From positions 576,001 through 640,000 of the forward strand of contig CAVRBU010000002.1 in NCBI GenBank assembly GCA_963719315.1: 64,000 bases of DNA. Direction: 5' to 3'. This DNA comes from an uncultured Planctomycetota bacterium. Its GTDB lineage: Bacteria > Planctomycetota > Planctomycetia > Pirellulales > Lacipirellulaceae. The first letter of the stretch is position 1, and the number at the start of each line of letters is the position of its first letter. Made by a program: the position numbers and the translations under genes. Shown here piece after piece: positions 1 to 9,450 of the stretch. The notes beneath the pieces were generated by a model. The model did no database searches. It was given only the letters and a program-made list of their open reading frames with translations, and was not told the origin of the DNA.

Positions 1-187
1 CGAGGCTGCTAGCAATTTGAATCTGGAATTCTCGGGGAATCGGCGCCAGCACTCGAAAACCACTTGAAATCAGCGGTGATGCGTTTGTTGCATTTGAAGT
101 TTGAACTCACCTAACTGAAAACTCACCTTGCGAACAGTGTGGGGCAGCGGCCCGGTGGATCACGACTAATGATTCAACATGAAGCAT

Positions 188-1564
188 TTAGCGCAAACAG
201 TGGCGGTTGGCCATGGCGATGCCGCTGGTGATGCTGCCGATGATGCCGACGAAGCCTTGGTCGGTGCCGCAGATGAAGAGGTTGTCGAGGTGAGTGCGGC
301 CGTCCATCTGTTTTTCGGGCGCGCCGTAGACGGCGCCGTTGTCGTGGCCGGAGAAGCGGACGATCGTGGTCGGCGTGAACATGTCGGTATCGATTACGCG
401 GCCACGGTAGTCGGGAACGAAGCGGACGGCCGATTCCGTGATGCGGTCGTACCAGCGGAGCTTTTCGAGCCGGTAAGTATCTTCGTCGAGCGCGCGCCAG
501 CGGTCGAAATTCGCGAGCGCGGTGATGCGAATCGAACAGTCGTCGAGCGGCGAATCGTAGGCGAAGTTGTTGGGCGAACAGATCACGCCGCTCCGCACGT
601 CACACAGTCCCGAGGGCTTTTGCCAGACGAATTCATCGCGGTCGTTGAAGAATGTAATCGTTCGGTCATGTCCGAGCGCGGCGGGTTGGGCATCGAGTGT
701 GGCAATCGTTTCGCAAAAAGTCAATTGGCCGGGGGCTCGCGAGGTGACGACGGGCTGGCCATCGTCGCAGAGCCGCATCGTCTCGCACCAGCCGGCGGAA
801 GAAACGACGTTTCGGCATTCCAATTCCTCGTCGTTTTCGAGCACGACGCGGGTGACTCGGCCGTCATTGACGGCGATCCGCTGCACACCACTGCGGAGTT
901 TTAGCTCGCCGCCGAGGGCGCGAAACTTGCGGACCAGGTGCTTGAGGATCAGCCGCACTCCGGCGGCCGGGCGGCCGAGCCCCTCCAGGAAGATGCTGCG
1001 AAACATGATCGAGAACTGGCCCCAATCCATGTCGTGCTCTCGGGCCGAACCGTAAAACATCAATGGGCAGAATAGCATCTCGACAAGCAGCGGATCGCGG
1101 AGGATCGAGGCCACGACTTCGCGCGCCGAAACGCCGGAATGCGACTCGCTTAAATCGTCGTAGGCGACGATCTCGCGCGAGAGGCGATCGAAGTTGTCGG
1201 CCTCTTGCGGGAATGCCCAAGCGACTTCGTCGCGGAGCGTACGTTCGTTGTTGTCGAACTTGAGCCGCTTGCTCGGGAAGGCGATTTCGGAGCCGAGTTG
1301 CGGAGCGATGGCGAAATCGTCCCATCGAATACGTAATTGGCGCAACAGCCTGGCGAGCGGACCGGTCTTCGTGCCTTTCGGCGTGACATTCGTAAGCGCG
1401 TGCAAACCGACGTCGTAATCGCGGCCGCGGAGGCGGTAGAATGAGTTCAAGCCGCCGATCGTGTAGTGCCGCTCGAGGATGCAAACGCGCTGGTCGTAAT
1501 AGGCCAGCCGGATCCCCGCGGCGAGGCCGGACATGCCGGCGCCGATGATGATGGTATCGTACAT
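188..1564 (-). CDS. FAD/NAD(P)-dependent oxidoreductase, phytoene dehydrogenase-like family
   Basis: Start taken at MYDTIIIGAGMSGLAA (Rossmann GxGxxG), followed by ILERH..IGG and a C-terminal NLFICGTDQGFVGIIG. Cotranscribed with ACP and KS. Confidence 0.85.
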   Translation of the reverse strand: MYDTIIIGAGMSGLAAGIRLAYYDQRVCILERHYTIGGLNSFYRLRGRDYDVGLHALTNVTPKGTKTGPLARLLRQLRIRWDDFAIAPQLGSEIAFPSKRLKFDNNERTLRDEVAWAFPQEADNFDRLSREIVAYDDLSESHSGVSAREVVASILRDPLLVEMLFCPLMFYGSAREHDMDWGQFSIMFRSIFLEGLGRPAAGVRLILKHLVRKFRALGGELKLRSGVQRIAVNDGRVTRVVLENDEELECRNVVSSAGWCETMRLCDDGQPVVTSRAPGQLTFCETIATLDAQPAALGHDRTITFFNDRDEFVWQKPSGLCDVRSGVICSPNNFAYDSPLDDCSIRITALANFDRWRALDEDTYRLEKLRWYDRITESAVRFVPDYRGRVIDTDMFTPTTIVRFSGHDNGAVYGAPEKQMDGRTHLDNLFICGTDQGFVGIIGSITSGIAMANRHCLR

Positions 1565-1568
1565 GTGG

Positions 1569-1638
1569 GGCGAGGAGTGAGTTGCGAGGAGCGAGTTATT
1601 TTTTAACTGCGATCTCGCTCCTCGATCCTCGCTCCTCA
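1569..1638. repeat. Inverted heptamer array (GCGAGGA / TCCTCGC) between acp and the oxidoreductase
   Basis: GGCGAGGAGTGAGTTGCGAGGAGCGAG ... CTCGCTCCTCGATCCTCGCTCCTC. Confidence 0.7.
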
Positions 1639-1646
1639 TTGCTTCC

Positions 1647-1913
1647 TCACACCTTTTCGCGCTCGATATCTTTCATGAGCGGTTCGAGGTAGGCGACCGT
1701 GCTGCTCATGCTGGCCAGATTGATATAATCGTCTTCCGCAATCTGGATGCGGTGGCGCTTACGGAGCTCCATCACGATATCGAGAAAGTCCATGCTATCG
1801 AGCTCCAATTGCTCGCGAAAGCGGACATTATCGTCGAGCTGCGATAGATCCTCATCGGGCGCGATATCGCTCAAAATATCCAAAACTTCTTCTCTGATTT
1901 CAGCGGGCGTCAT
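1647..1913 (-). CDS. Acyl carrier protein
   Basis: 88 aa, acidic, with the LELDSMDFLDIVMEL phosphopantetheine-Ser motif. Confidence 0.93.
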   Translation of the reverse strand: MTPAEIREEVLDILSDIAPDEDLSQLDDNVRFREQLELDSMDFLDIVMELRKRHRIQIAEDDYINLASMSSTVAYLEPLMKDIEREKV

Positions 1914-1973
1914 GTAGGGTCGAGAGGCTGGGGACGAGGGTCGAGGGTTTTGGCTGCGAACTTCGTCCAGTGG

Positions 1974-3218
1974 TCATACTTTTCCAATAATTACGACTGA
2001 GTTGATCCCCAACATACCAAATGAGTTGTTGAGAATATAGCGGACGCTTTGCCGGACGCGGGGCTCGTTGAGCGCCAGGCCGGGGAGGGCGCATTCGGGG
2101 TCGAGGCGGTCGACATTGATCGTTGGATGGCAAACGCCGTCGTCGAAGGCCGGCAAATTGCCGGCCAGTTCGAGGGCCCCGGCGGCTCCCATCGCGTGGC
2201 CGATAAAGCTTTTTGTGTTGTTCACGGCCGGTTGCGAGCCGTTGCTGAAAACCTGTCGCAGGGCAATGCATTCTTGCACGTCGCCGCTGTCGGTGGCCGT
2301 GGCGTGCGTGCTGACGAGGTCGACATCCGAAGCGTTGAGTTGTGCTTTGTTGAGTGCCATGTTCATGCAACGGGCTTGCTGCGAGGGATTCGGCAGGACG
2401 AAATCACTAGCGTCGCTATTCATGGCGTAGCCGACGAGCTCACCGTAAATCTTCGCCCCGCGGCGGCGGGCATCGTCGAATCGCTCCATCACGTACAGGC
2501 AGCCACCTTCGGAGACGACGATGCCGTTGCGATCCATATCGAACGGCCGTGAGGCTTTTGTTGGATCGTCATGTTTGGCGAGCGCGCCCTGGCTGGCGAA
2601 GCCGGCGAAGATACCGAACGTGCGAATGCTCTCGGAGACGCCACCGGCGAGTGCGACGTCGCATTCCCCCAGTCGGAGCATTTGAGCGCCTTGAATCATG
2701 CCGGCGTTGCCGGCCGCGCAGGCGGCGCCGAGCGTGTAGTGCGGGCCAGTGATGCCCATGTTAAGCGTGATTTCGCCGGCTGGGTTGTTGGCGACCGTCC
2801 GCGGGTTGTGGTGGTGGGACCACACCGACGTGTCGTAGTCGTAGCCTTTGATTTCGTAGATTTCATTTTCGGTTTCGACGTTGCCGTGCTCGGTGACGCC
2901 GATGTAAACGCCGACTCGCTCGCGATCGACGTTGGCCCAATCGAGCCCGGAGTCAGCGACCGCTTCCTGAGCACAATAGATGCTAATGCTGCCAGCCCGC
3001 GTGCCCCGGCGAACTTCCTTCTTCTTCTGGTACTTTAGTTCGTCGAAGTTGCAAATCCCGGCCAGCGTTTCGCCGACGTAGCGGATGTCGTACTTCTGCA
3101 CGCCGCTGCGGCCCGCAAGAAGCGCTTCGCGAAACTCGGGCAGCGAGTTGCCATTCGGCGCCGTGAGGCCGATGCCGGTGATGACAATCCGTTGGTGGTC
3201 GTCGGCTGCGGTGGTCAT
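1974..3218 (-). CDS. fabF: Beta-ketoacyl-ACP synthase (FabF/FabB family)
   Basis: Cys-His-His triad: AACAAG, HATAT, KSFIGHAMGAAG. Also RPFD..RNG and NSFG motifs. Confidence 0.9.
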   Translation of the reverse strand: MTTAADDHQRIVITGIGLTAPNGNSLPEFREALLAGRSGVQKYDIRYVGETLAGICNFDELKYQKKKEVRRGTRAGSISIYCAQEAVADSGLDWANVDRERVGVYIGVTEHGNVETENEIYEIKGYDYDTSVWSHHHNPRTVANNPAGEITLNMGITGPHYTLGAACAAGNAGMIQGAQMLRLGECDVALAGGVSESIRTFGIFAGFASQGALAKHDDPTKASRPFDMDRNGIVVSEGGCLYVMERFDDARRRGAKIYGELVGYAMNSDASDFVLPNPSQQARCMNMALNKAQLNASDVDLVSTHATATDSGDVQECIALRQVFSNGSQPAVNNTKSFIGHAMGAAGALELAGNLPAFDDGVCHPTINVDRLDPECALPGLALNEPRVRQSVRYILNNSFGMLGINSVVIIGKV

Positions 3219-3260
3219 CCATCGTACGTCAGCCTTTCCAAGCTGACGCTATATCGGTGT

Positions 3261-3324
3261 TCGAAGCCCGCCGCGCGAGCAAGGGAGGCAACGTGAATCC
3301 CCTTGCTCGCGCGGCGGGCTTCGA
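3261..3324. repeat. Perfect 25-bp inverted repeat (REP-like hairpin)
   Basis: TCGAAGCCCGCCGCGCGAGCAAGGG (3261-3285), 14-nt loop, exact reverse complement at 3300-3324. Confidence 0.9.
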
Positions 3325-3421
3325 TCCACGTTCTCTTGGACGGGAGTGAAACTTTGAACCTATCGGGAAAAGCAGGGTTTGGCAAGGTGCTGGACGACGG
3401 CGAGTGGCCGACGCGATTGCG

Positions 3422-4618
3422 TTAATGATCGTTGATTCCCAGGTGTTTTTGAAAAGCTTGGCGCTGCTTGTCGCGCCCGTGCGCATCCGTGATTTCTTCC
3501 CATCGGTCGGCGTCCTTTTGAAGCGCGGCGGCCGGAGCGACCTTATCGGCTACGACAGATTTGACGGCGTCGTCGAGCGCGGCAAGGTATTCGTCGATGC
3601 CGGGGATGCGAGGAATGAGCAGTGCTTGCTGTCCGCTGAGTGCGGCGTCCAGTTCCTTGCCCCGCTCAGCCCGGTCGCTGGCGCCGAGCGTCGAATCGTA
3701 CCAATCCGCAGCCGACGCGAGCGAGCGTCGCGCCGGCAGTTGGCGATCGCCAAGTTTGGCGAACTGCGAACTGATGTCAGCCTGCGCGATCCACTCGAGC
3801 AGTTTGAACGCGCTGGCAGCGTTATGGGAAGAGGACGTGACCGCCGCCATTCGATCGCCGTAGCCGAGCACGGGGATGTGCGGGCCGTCTTTCAGGTGCT
3901 CGGCATTGGTTTCCGAATTGGTCGCGGCGAGTTTTGTCAGCGCATCGACAAACGCCGGTTCGGTGATTCGCGGCTTCATAGTTTCGCTGTCGAACAGGAC
4001 GCCGAGCCACTCATTCGATATGGCACCGGGAGCTGCCATCGCCAACAGCGATAGGGCTCTCGGTTCGCCGGCCGCCCGGTCCAACGACGCGGCATCAATT
4101 CCGAGCGGGAGCGCCATCACCTGGCCGCCCCATTTCACGAGCTCGCTGCGGACGAGCGGAAAAAAGTCGGCCGACTTCAGCTCATCGCTGTCCAGAACGC
4201 TGGGCCGCACCGGACGCAATTGGCCGCGAACGCACAACTCGCCCAGGTAGCGCGACGGAAAAATGACCACGTCGGCGTCCACATCCTTTGCCCCGCTGAG
4301 TTCCTTCCAGGTGGCGCCGAACGCCGCTACCTCGCCGCCGGAGCGCTCGGCCCATTCGCCCCGCAGGCGGTTGATTCCTTCGACTAACGCAGGCTCATTC
4401 ACGACCAGCACGCGCAATGCTACACTTGCCCGCGGCGTGGCGGGGGACGGTTGGGACGTCGTTTCGCGGGGACATCCTGTTACGAGTATGGTTGTGGCTA
4501 TCAGTAGGCAGCGAAGACAAGGAGACAAGGAGAGGGGGAGACAAGGAGAAAAAAAGGCAACGGATTCCTCTCCTTGTCTACTTGTCTCCTTGTCTCCTTG
4601 TCTTGAACGCCGATCCAT
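3422..4618 (-). CDS. Extracellular solute-binding protein (sugar ABC SBP-like), probable lipoprotein
   Basis: Lipobox-like ILVTG-C, LVKWGGQVMALPLG and a C-terminal PRIPGIDEY..ALDDAV helix typical of family-1 SBPs. Start uncertain (4618 or 4639). Confidence 0.7.
   Translation of the reverse strand: MDRRSRQGDKETSRQGEESVAFFSPCLPLSLSPCLRCLLIATTILVTGCPRETTSQPSPATPRASVALRVLVVNEPALVEGINRLRGEWAERSGGEVAAFGATWKELSGAKDVDADVVIFPSRYLGELCVRGQLRPVRPSVLDSDELKSADFFPLVRSELVKWGGQVMALPLGIDAASLDRAAGEPRALSLLAMAAPGAISNEWLGVLFDSETMKPRITEPAFVDALTKLAATNSETNAEHLKDGPHIPVLGYGDRMAAVTSSSHNAASAFKLLEWIAQADISSQFAKLGDRQLPARRSLASAADWYDSTLGASDRAERGKELDAALSGQQALLIPRIPGIDEYLAALDDAVKSVVADKVAPAAALQKDADRWEEITDAHGRDKQRQAFQKHLGINDH
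4515..4603. repeat. Inverted octamer array (AGACAAGG / CCTTGTCT) overlapping the SBP N-terminus
   Basis: AGACAAGGAGACAAGGAGAGGGGGAGACAAGGAG ... CTCCTTGTCTACTTGTCTCCTTGTCTCCTTGTCT. Confidence 0.85.
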
Positions 4619-4658
4619 AGAACGATCCATTTCGAGCATCTAAGCGAGAAACCTTACA

Positions 4659-6188
4659 ATGAGCGTCTACCTGGGCATCGACATCGGTACATCTGGCACC
4701 AAAACTCTGGCGATCAACGCCCGCGGAAAAATCCTTGCGTACGCGACTGCAATCTACCCTTGCTACCATCCCAAACCATTGTGGAGTGAGCAAGACCCGA
4801 ACGACTGGTGGCAGGCGACCGTGAAGACCGTGCGTGCGGTTGTGAAGCAGGCCAAGGTCAAGCCGGGCGACGTGCGAGCAATTGGACTCTCCGGGCAGAT
4901 GCATGGCTCTGTGTTTTTGGATAAGAACAATCGCGTGGTTCGCCGCGCGCTGTTGTGGAACGACCAGCGAACGGCGGCCGAGTGTGAAGAAATCGAAAAG
5001 CGGGCCGGCGGTCGCAAGAAGCTGATCGAAATGGTCGCCAACCCGGCACTCACCGGCTTCACCGCGCCAAAGATTCTGTGGCTCCGCAACCACGAGCCGA
5101 AGAATTTCGAAAAGACAGTAAAAATCTTGCTGCCGAAGGACGAAATTCGCCGCCGGCTCACCGGCGAATTTGCGACAGAAGTCAGCGACGCCAGCGGCAT
5201 GTTACTCCTTGATGTGGTGCATCGTCGCTGGTCCAAGGAACTACTCAGCAAGCTCGACTTGGATCAGAGTTTATTCGCGCCGTGCTTCGAATCGGAACAG
5301 GTGACGGGCCGATTGACGCGCGAGACGGCCAAGTCGCTCGGCCTGTCGACCGATTGCATGGTCGTGGGCGGCGCGGGCGATTGCGCGGCCGGCGCCGTAG
5401 GTAACGGCATTGTGCGGCCGGGCGTGCTGTCGACGTCGATTGGCACCTCCGGCGTGGTGTTCGTCCACAGCGAAACACCGCAGGTAGATCCGGAAGGTCG
5501 CCTCCACACGTTCTGCCATGCGGTGCGCGGCAAGTGGCACATGATGGGCGTCACGCTCGCGGCCGGTGGATCGCTGCAATGGTTCCGCAACGCGGTCTGC
5601 CAGACGTTGGCGAATGAGGCGAAGCGTCGCAAGATCGACGCCTACGACGTACTCACCGAAGAAGCGGCCGTCACGCCGCCCGGAGCCGAAGGACTTTTTT
5701 TCCTGCCCTATCTCGCCGGCGAACGCACGCCGCACGCCGACCCGAACGCCCGCGGCGCGTTCGTCGGGCTGACGCTCAAACATTCGCGCGGCCACCTGGT
5801 GCGGTCGATTATGGAAGGCGTCACGTACTCGCTCCGCGATTGCCTGGCGATCATCGAAGAACTCGGCGTGGCCGTGAAGCAGGTCCGGGCCTCCGGCGGC
5901 GGAGCGAAGAGCCCGTTCTGGCGACAGATGCAAGCCGACGTGTTTGGAAAGACCGTCGTGAAGATGGCAGCCGACGAAGGCCCGGGCTACGGCGTCGCAC
6001 TACTGGCGGCGGTGGCAGCGGGCGAGTTCAAGGACGTGGTCGAGGCTTGTGAAGCGACGGTGAAGACTACGAGTCAAACCAAACCCGCGGCCACAGCGCG
6101 GCGCGTGTATGATAAGGGCTTCCCGGAATTTCAGCGGCTATATCAATCGTTACGCGAGGATTTCAAGAGGATTGCAGCCATAAGCTGA
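4659..6188 (+). CDS. xylB: Xylulokinase (FGGY family)
   Basis: GIDIGTSGTK, GLSGQMHG, WNDQRT, PYLAGERTPH, GGGAKS motifs. Confidence 0.92.
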   Translation: MSVYLGIDIGTSGTKTLAINARGKILAYATAIYPCYHPKPLWSEQDPNDWWQATVKTVRAVVKQAKVKPGDVRAIGLSGQMHGSVFLDKNNRVVRRALLWNDQRTAAECEEIEKRAGGRKKLIEMVANPALTGFTAPKILWLRNHEPKNFEKTVKILLPKDEIRRRLTGEFATEVSDASGMLLLDVVHRRWSKELLSKLDLDQSLFAPCFESEQVTGRLTRETAKSLGLSTDCMVVGGAGDCAAGAVGNGIVRPGVLSTSIGTSGVVFVHSETPQVDPEGRLHTFCHAVRGKWHMMGVTLAAGGSLQWFRNAVCQTLANEAKRRKIDAYDVLTEEAAVTPPGAEGLFFLPYLAGERTPHADPNARGAFVGLTLKHSRGHLVRSIMEGVTYSLRDCLAIIEELGVAVKQVRASGGGAKSPFWRQMQADVFGKTVVKMAADEGPGYGVALLAAVAAGEFKDVVEACEATVKTTSQTKPAATARRVYDKGFPEFQRLYQSLREDFKRIAAIS

Positions 6189-6298
6189 CGACGAGTGATG
6201 TTTCTGTGACACAGAGAATCTGCCGACGTAGCTAAACGCATTTCCGGAGTCGGAAATCCGATTCCGCTGAAAGTTGACGACATGGATGAGGTAATTCC

Positions 6299-6496
6299 GT
6301 GAAACTCAAGAACGACATCGAGGTAGCCAACACTCGCTCCAAGCTTTCCAGTCTTGAGGCTCGGTACGAAACTCTTCTCAATAAACCGAGCAAGGACGAT
6401 GAGTTACGGGCTGCTACGTTGCGTTCGCTGAAGCGCTACAACAATCAGTTTAAAGAAGAAATCGCGCGTTACGAGGCGCATCAGACGACAGGGTGA
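6299..6496 (+). CDS. Small helical hypothetical protein (65 aa)
   Basis: GTG start preceded by GAGG. Amphipathic coiled-coil pattern, lower GC than neighbours. Confidence 0.6.
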   Translation: MKLKNDIEVANTRSKLSSLEARYETLLNKPSKDDELRAATLRSLKRYNNQFKEEIARYEAHQTTG

Positions 6497-6550
6497 ATCG
6501 ATTGCCAATTTCCGGTGCGGCCACTGCGCCATATTAGAGCAGCAGCGATC

Positions 6551-6886
6551 TTATGCTGTCGCGTCGTCTGCTGTGGGCGTGCCGAATTGCGGCAGGCCTT
6601 CGCCGAGGAATCCGAGAATCGGCGTTTTCGCTGGCGAGCCCCCGCTGGCTTTTGCCGGCTGGGCATAATGCGAAATCAAATCCGAGTGCAATTGCACACA
6701 GCGGATGTAGCTGTCGCGGGCCGTGCTGTCGTTGAGCAGCCGGTCTTCCAGTTCCGCCATTTCCTCGCCGGCAATGTGCTCATCGAGGAGCGCCCAGCTT
6801 AGTTCATGCACGCGATCGAGCGTGTCGGATTCGCCGTCGCTGCCAGACTGCTGGGAATTTTGGGGGTTCTGTTTTGAATGATCCAT
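6551..6886 (-). CDS. Stand-alone anti-sigma-like helical protein
   Basis: ELSWALLD..EMAELEDRLLNDSTARDSYIRCVQLHSDL resembles the N-terminal domain of planctomycete FecR-type anti-sigma proteins. Start taken at MDHSKQ. Confidence 0.6.
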   Translation of the reverse strand: MDHSKQNPQNSQQSGSDGESDTLDRVHELSWALLDEHIAGEEMAELEDRLLNDSTARDSYIRCVQLHSDLISHYAQPAKASGGSPAKTPILGFLGEGLPQFGTPTADDATA

Positions 6887-7136
6887 GGTTCTGCTGCTGC
6901 CCTTCTTCACTGAAAAAGACTTGCGCCTAGAAGCCATTACGTTCGAGCCGAGCAAAAAGGTCGGCCCGCCATTCCCTAAAAGAGCAAAATCGGTGCCGGG
7001 GGGGGTTCAGCCGCGGCTACGAGGCGTATCGTCTTGCCCGGTGGGATTCGTAGAAGAATTCTGCCAGCGCAGCAAGAGAAAATGGTGAAGTTGCGGGGAA
7101 AAACGGCCGCTGGGGCACGAATTGGCACGTCGTGCG

Positions 7137-7188
7137 ACGGACTTCAGTCCGTCTTTCACCCAACCAAACGGACTGAAGTCCGTGTTAC
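7137..7188. repeat. REP doublet downstream of prpC
   Basis: ACGGACTTCAGTCCGT ... ACGGACTGAAGTCCGT, two inverted palindromes. Confidence 0.85.
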
Positions 7189-8306
7189 TACCGCTCACCG
7201 ACCGGTTTCCAGGGCCGGCGGGCGGGGCCGATATAGCGGGCTCGGGGGCGAATGAGGCGGTTGTTGTCGAGCTGCTCGATGATGTGCGCACTCCACCCGG
7301 CCACGCGGCTTAACACGAAGAGCGGCGTGTACAGTTCGACTGGCAGATTCATGTAATGGTACAGCCGGCCGGAGGGCCAATCGAGATTCGGCGGCAGCTT
7401 CTTCTCTTCCCAGATGACGCGCTGGATGACGTCGGCCGTCGTTTCCAGGTCTTCGTTCCCGGTTTCCTTCGCCAGTTCGTTGCAGAGCTCCTTCAAGTAC
7501 ACCGCTCGCGGATCGCCGTCTTTGTAGACGCGGTGGCCGAAGCCCATGATCTTTTCCTTGCGCGCGAGTGCGCCGCGAATCCACGTCTCGGCGTTCTCCT
7601 TCTTGCCGACGGCACCGAGCACGTCCATGACCTTCTCATTCGCGCCGCCGTGGAGCGGGCCCTTGAGCGCGCCGATCGCGCCGACGACTCCGGAGTGCAA
7701 ATCGGCAAGGGTCGAAACAATCACGCGAGCAGCAAATGTTGACGCGTTGTACTCATGCTCGGCGTAAAGAATCAGCGATACGTCCATCGCTTTGACGTGA
7801 GCGGGCGACGCATCGGCGCGAAACAACATGTGCAGGCAGTTCGAAGCCAACGACCGGCCACTTTCGGCGGCGACCGGCTCCTTGCCCTGCTTCGAGCGAT
7901 GCCGGGCCGCCATCACGACGGGTAGTTGCGCGAGTAGCCGCTCGGCCTTCCGCAAGTTGGCGTCGTGGCTATTGTCGCCTACCTCTGGATCCCAGTGGGC
8001 CAGCATGCTCGCGGCCGAGCGGAGAACGTCCATCGCTGAAGCGGCCGGCGGAATTTTGCGAATCGTTTCGATGATCGGCACGGGCACCTGCGACGCCGCC
8101 GAGAGGCGTTTTTTGAACCCGTCCAGCTCCTCGGCATTCGGCAATTCGCCGTACAGCAGGAGGTAGGCGACTTCCTCAAACGTGCCATCGCGCGCCAAAT
8201 CCTCGATCGAGTATCCGCGATAGCTAAGTCCGCCGGAAACGGTGCTGATCGCCGTTTCGCCGGCGATCACGCCTTCAAGACCAGGGCTGTAGATTTCTTC
8301 AGGCAT
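7188..8306 (-). CDS. prpC: 2-methylcitrate synthase / citrate synthase
   Basis: GLEGVIAG, YRGY, HEYNASTF, GPLHGGANE, GFGHRVYK, NLD motifs. Directly downstream of prpB. Confidence 0.88.
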   Translation of the reverse strand: MPEEIYSPGLEGVIAGETAISTVSGGLSYRGYSIEDLARDGTFEEVAYLLLYGELPNAEELDGFKKRLSAASQVPVPIIETIRKIPPAASAMDVLRSAASMLAHWDPEVGDNSHDANLRKAERLLAQLPVVMAARHRSKQGKEPVAAESGRSLASNCLHMLFRADASPAHVKAMDVSLILYAEHEYNASTFAARVIVSTLADLHSGVVGAIGALKGPLHGGANEKVMDVLGAVGKKENAETWIRGALARKEKIMGFGHRVYKDGDPRAVYLKELCNELAKETGNEDLETTADVIQRVIWEEKKLPPNLDWPSGRLYHYMNLPVELYTPLFVLSRVAGWSAHIIEQLDNNRLIRPRARYIGPARRPWKPVGER

Positions 8307-8309
8307 GGA

Positions 8310-8417
8310 AGGTCGAGGTTTGAGGGTCGAGGGTCGAGGGCCAGATTTAGAGGATGCAGGGGCGGGGGCAAGGGATGAAAGACATCCGGGCCCCCTGCAT
8401 CCCGTATCCTGCATCCT
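8310..8417. repeat. Heptamer arrays (GAGGGTC; GGATGCA/TGCATCC) in the prpB-prpC spacer
   Basis: GGTCGAGGTTTGAGGGTCGAGGGTCGAGGG followed by inverted AGGATGCAGG ... CCTGCATCCT. Confidence 0.75.
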
Positions 8418-9292
8418 CATTCAAAATATTCGCGGTCGCGTTCTTCATAGGAATCATAGTCGAGCAAGTCGTATAGTTCCTGCCGGGTTTGCATCAAGTC
8501 GAGCAAATCTCGCTGCGTGCCTTCGGTCGAAATTATCGACAGCGCCGTCTCGGCCGCCTTCATGGCGACCCGCAAAAGCGTAACCGGATACAACACCACG
8601 CGATAGCCCATCTCCTCAAGCTCGGCGAACGTCAACAGCGGGCTCTTGCCGAACTCGGTCATGTTGGCGACGAGAGGCACATTCACGGCTTTGGCGAAAG
8701 CCTGAAACTCCTCGCGCGTCGCCAGGGCTTCTGGGAATATCCAGTCCGCACCGGCTGCCACATAGTTGCGAGCACGTTCGACGGCCGCTTCAAAGTTATC
8801 AACTCCGCGGGCATCCGTGCGGGCAACAATGATCGTGCTTTCATCCGCCCGCGCGACCGCGGCGGCCCGCACCTTGGCACACATCGCAGCCGTAGAAACC
8901 AGCGATTTGCCCGAAAGGTGCCCACAGCGTTTCGGCAACTCCTGGTCTTCCAATTGGATTGCGGCAGCGCCGGCCCGCTCCAATTCGTCGACGCTTCTCT
9001 CCACATTGGCCGTGTCGCCGAAACCCGTGTCGGCATCCACGATTACCGGTGTGACGACACGCGCCGTCAAATATTGAAGCTGCTGCACAAGCTCGGTTTG
9101 CGTGAACAGACCGATATCGGGCATGCCAATAACGCCGGCGGAAAGAGCTGCCCCCGACACGTAGATCGCAGAGAAGCCCATCTCCTCGATCAATCGGCCC
9201 ATCAGAGCATTTGGCGCACCCGGCACTTGGATCGCGCCGGAGGACACCGTCTCGCGAAGAATCTGGCCTGGAGTCGGCAGCGATTGCGGCAT
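8417..9292 (-). CDS. prpB: 2-methylisocitrate lyase
   Basis: VDADTGFG, LEDQ..PKRCGH, ARTDA, ANMTEFGKSP motifs. Confidence 0.93.
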   Translation of the reverse strand: MPQSLPTPGQILRETVSSGAIQVPGAPNALMGRLIEEMGFSAIYVSGAALSAGVIGMPDIGLFTQTELVQQLQYLTARVVTPVIVDADTGFGDTANVERSVDELERAGAAAIQLEDQELPKRCGHLSGKSLVSTAAMCAKVRAAAVARADESTIIVARTDARGVDNFEAAVERARNYVAAGADWIFPEALATREEFQAFAKAVNVPLVANMTEFGKSPLLTFAELEEMGYRVVLYPVTLLRVAMKAAETALSIISTEGTQRDLLDLMQTRQELYDLLDYDSYEERDREYFE

Positions 9293-9450
9293 GTTACTCG
9301 AATGATGCAAATGTAAAACAATTCAGTCCGTCAGCGTCGATGATACGCGGTTCAAGTACGCAGCATCAAGGCTGCCCCGCCGATTCGACTGTTCGGTTGA
9401 TCGGAATCCGATTAGGCTGTCGAAAGAAACCTCACGCGAGACGCATTCCC

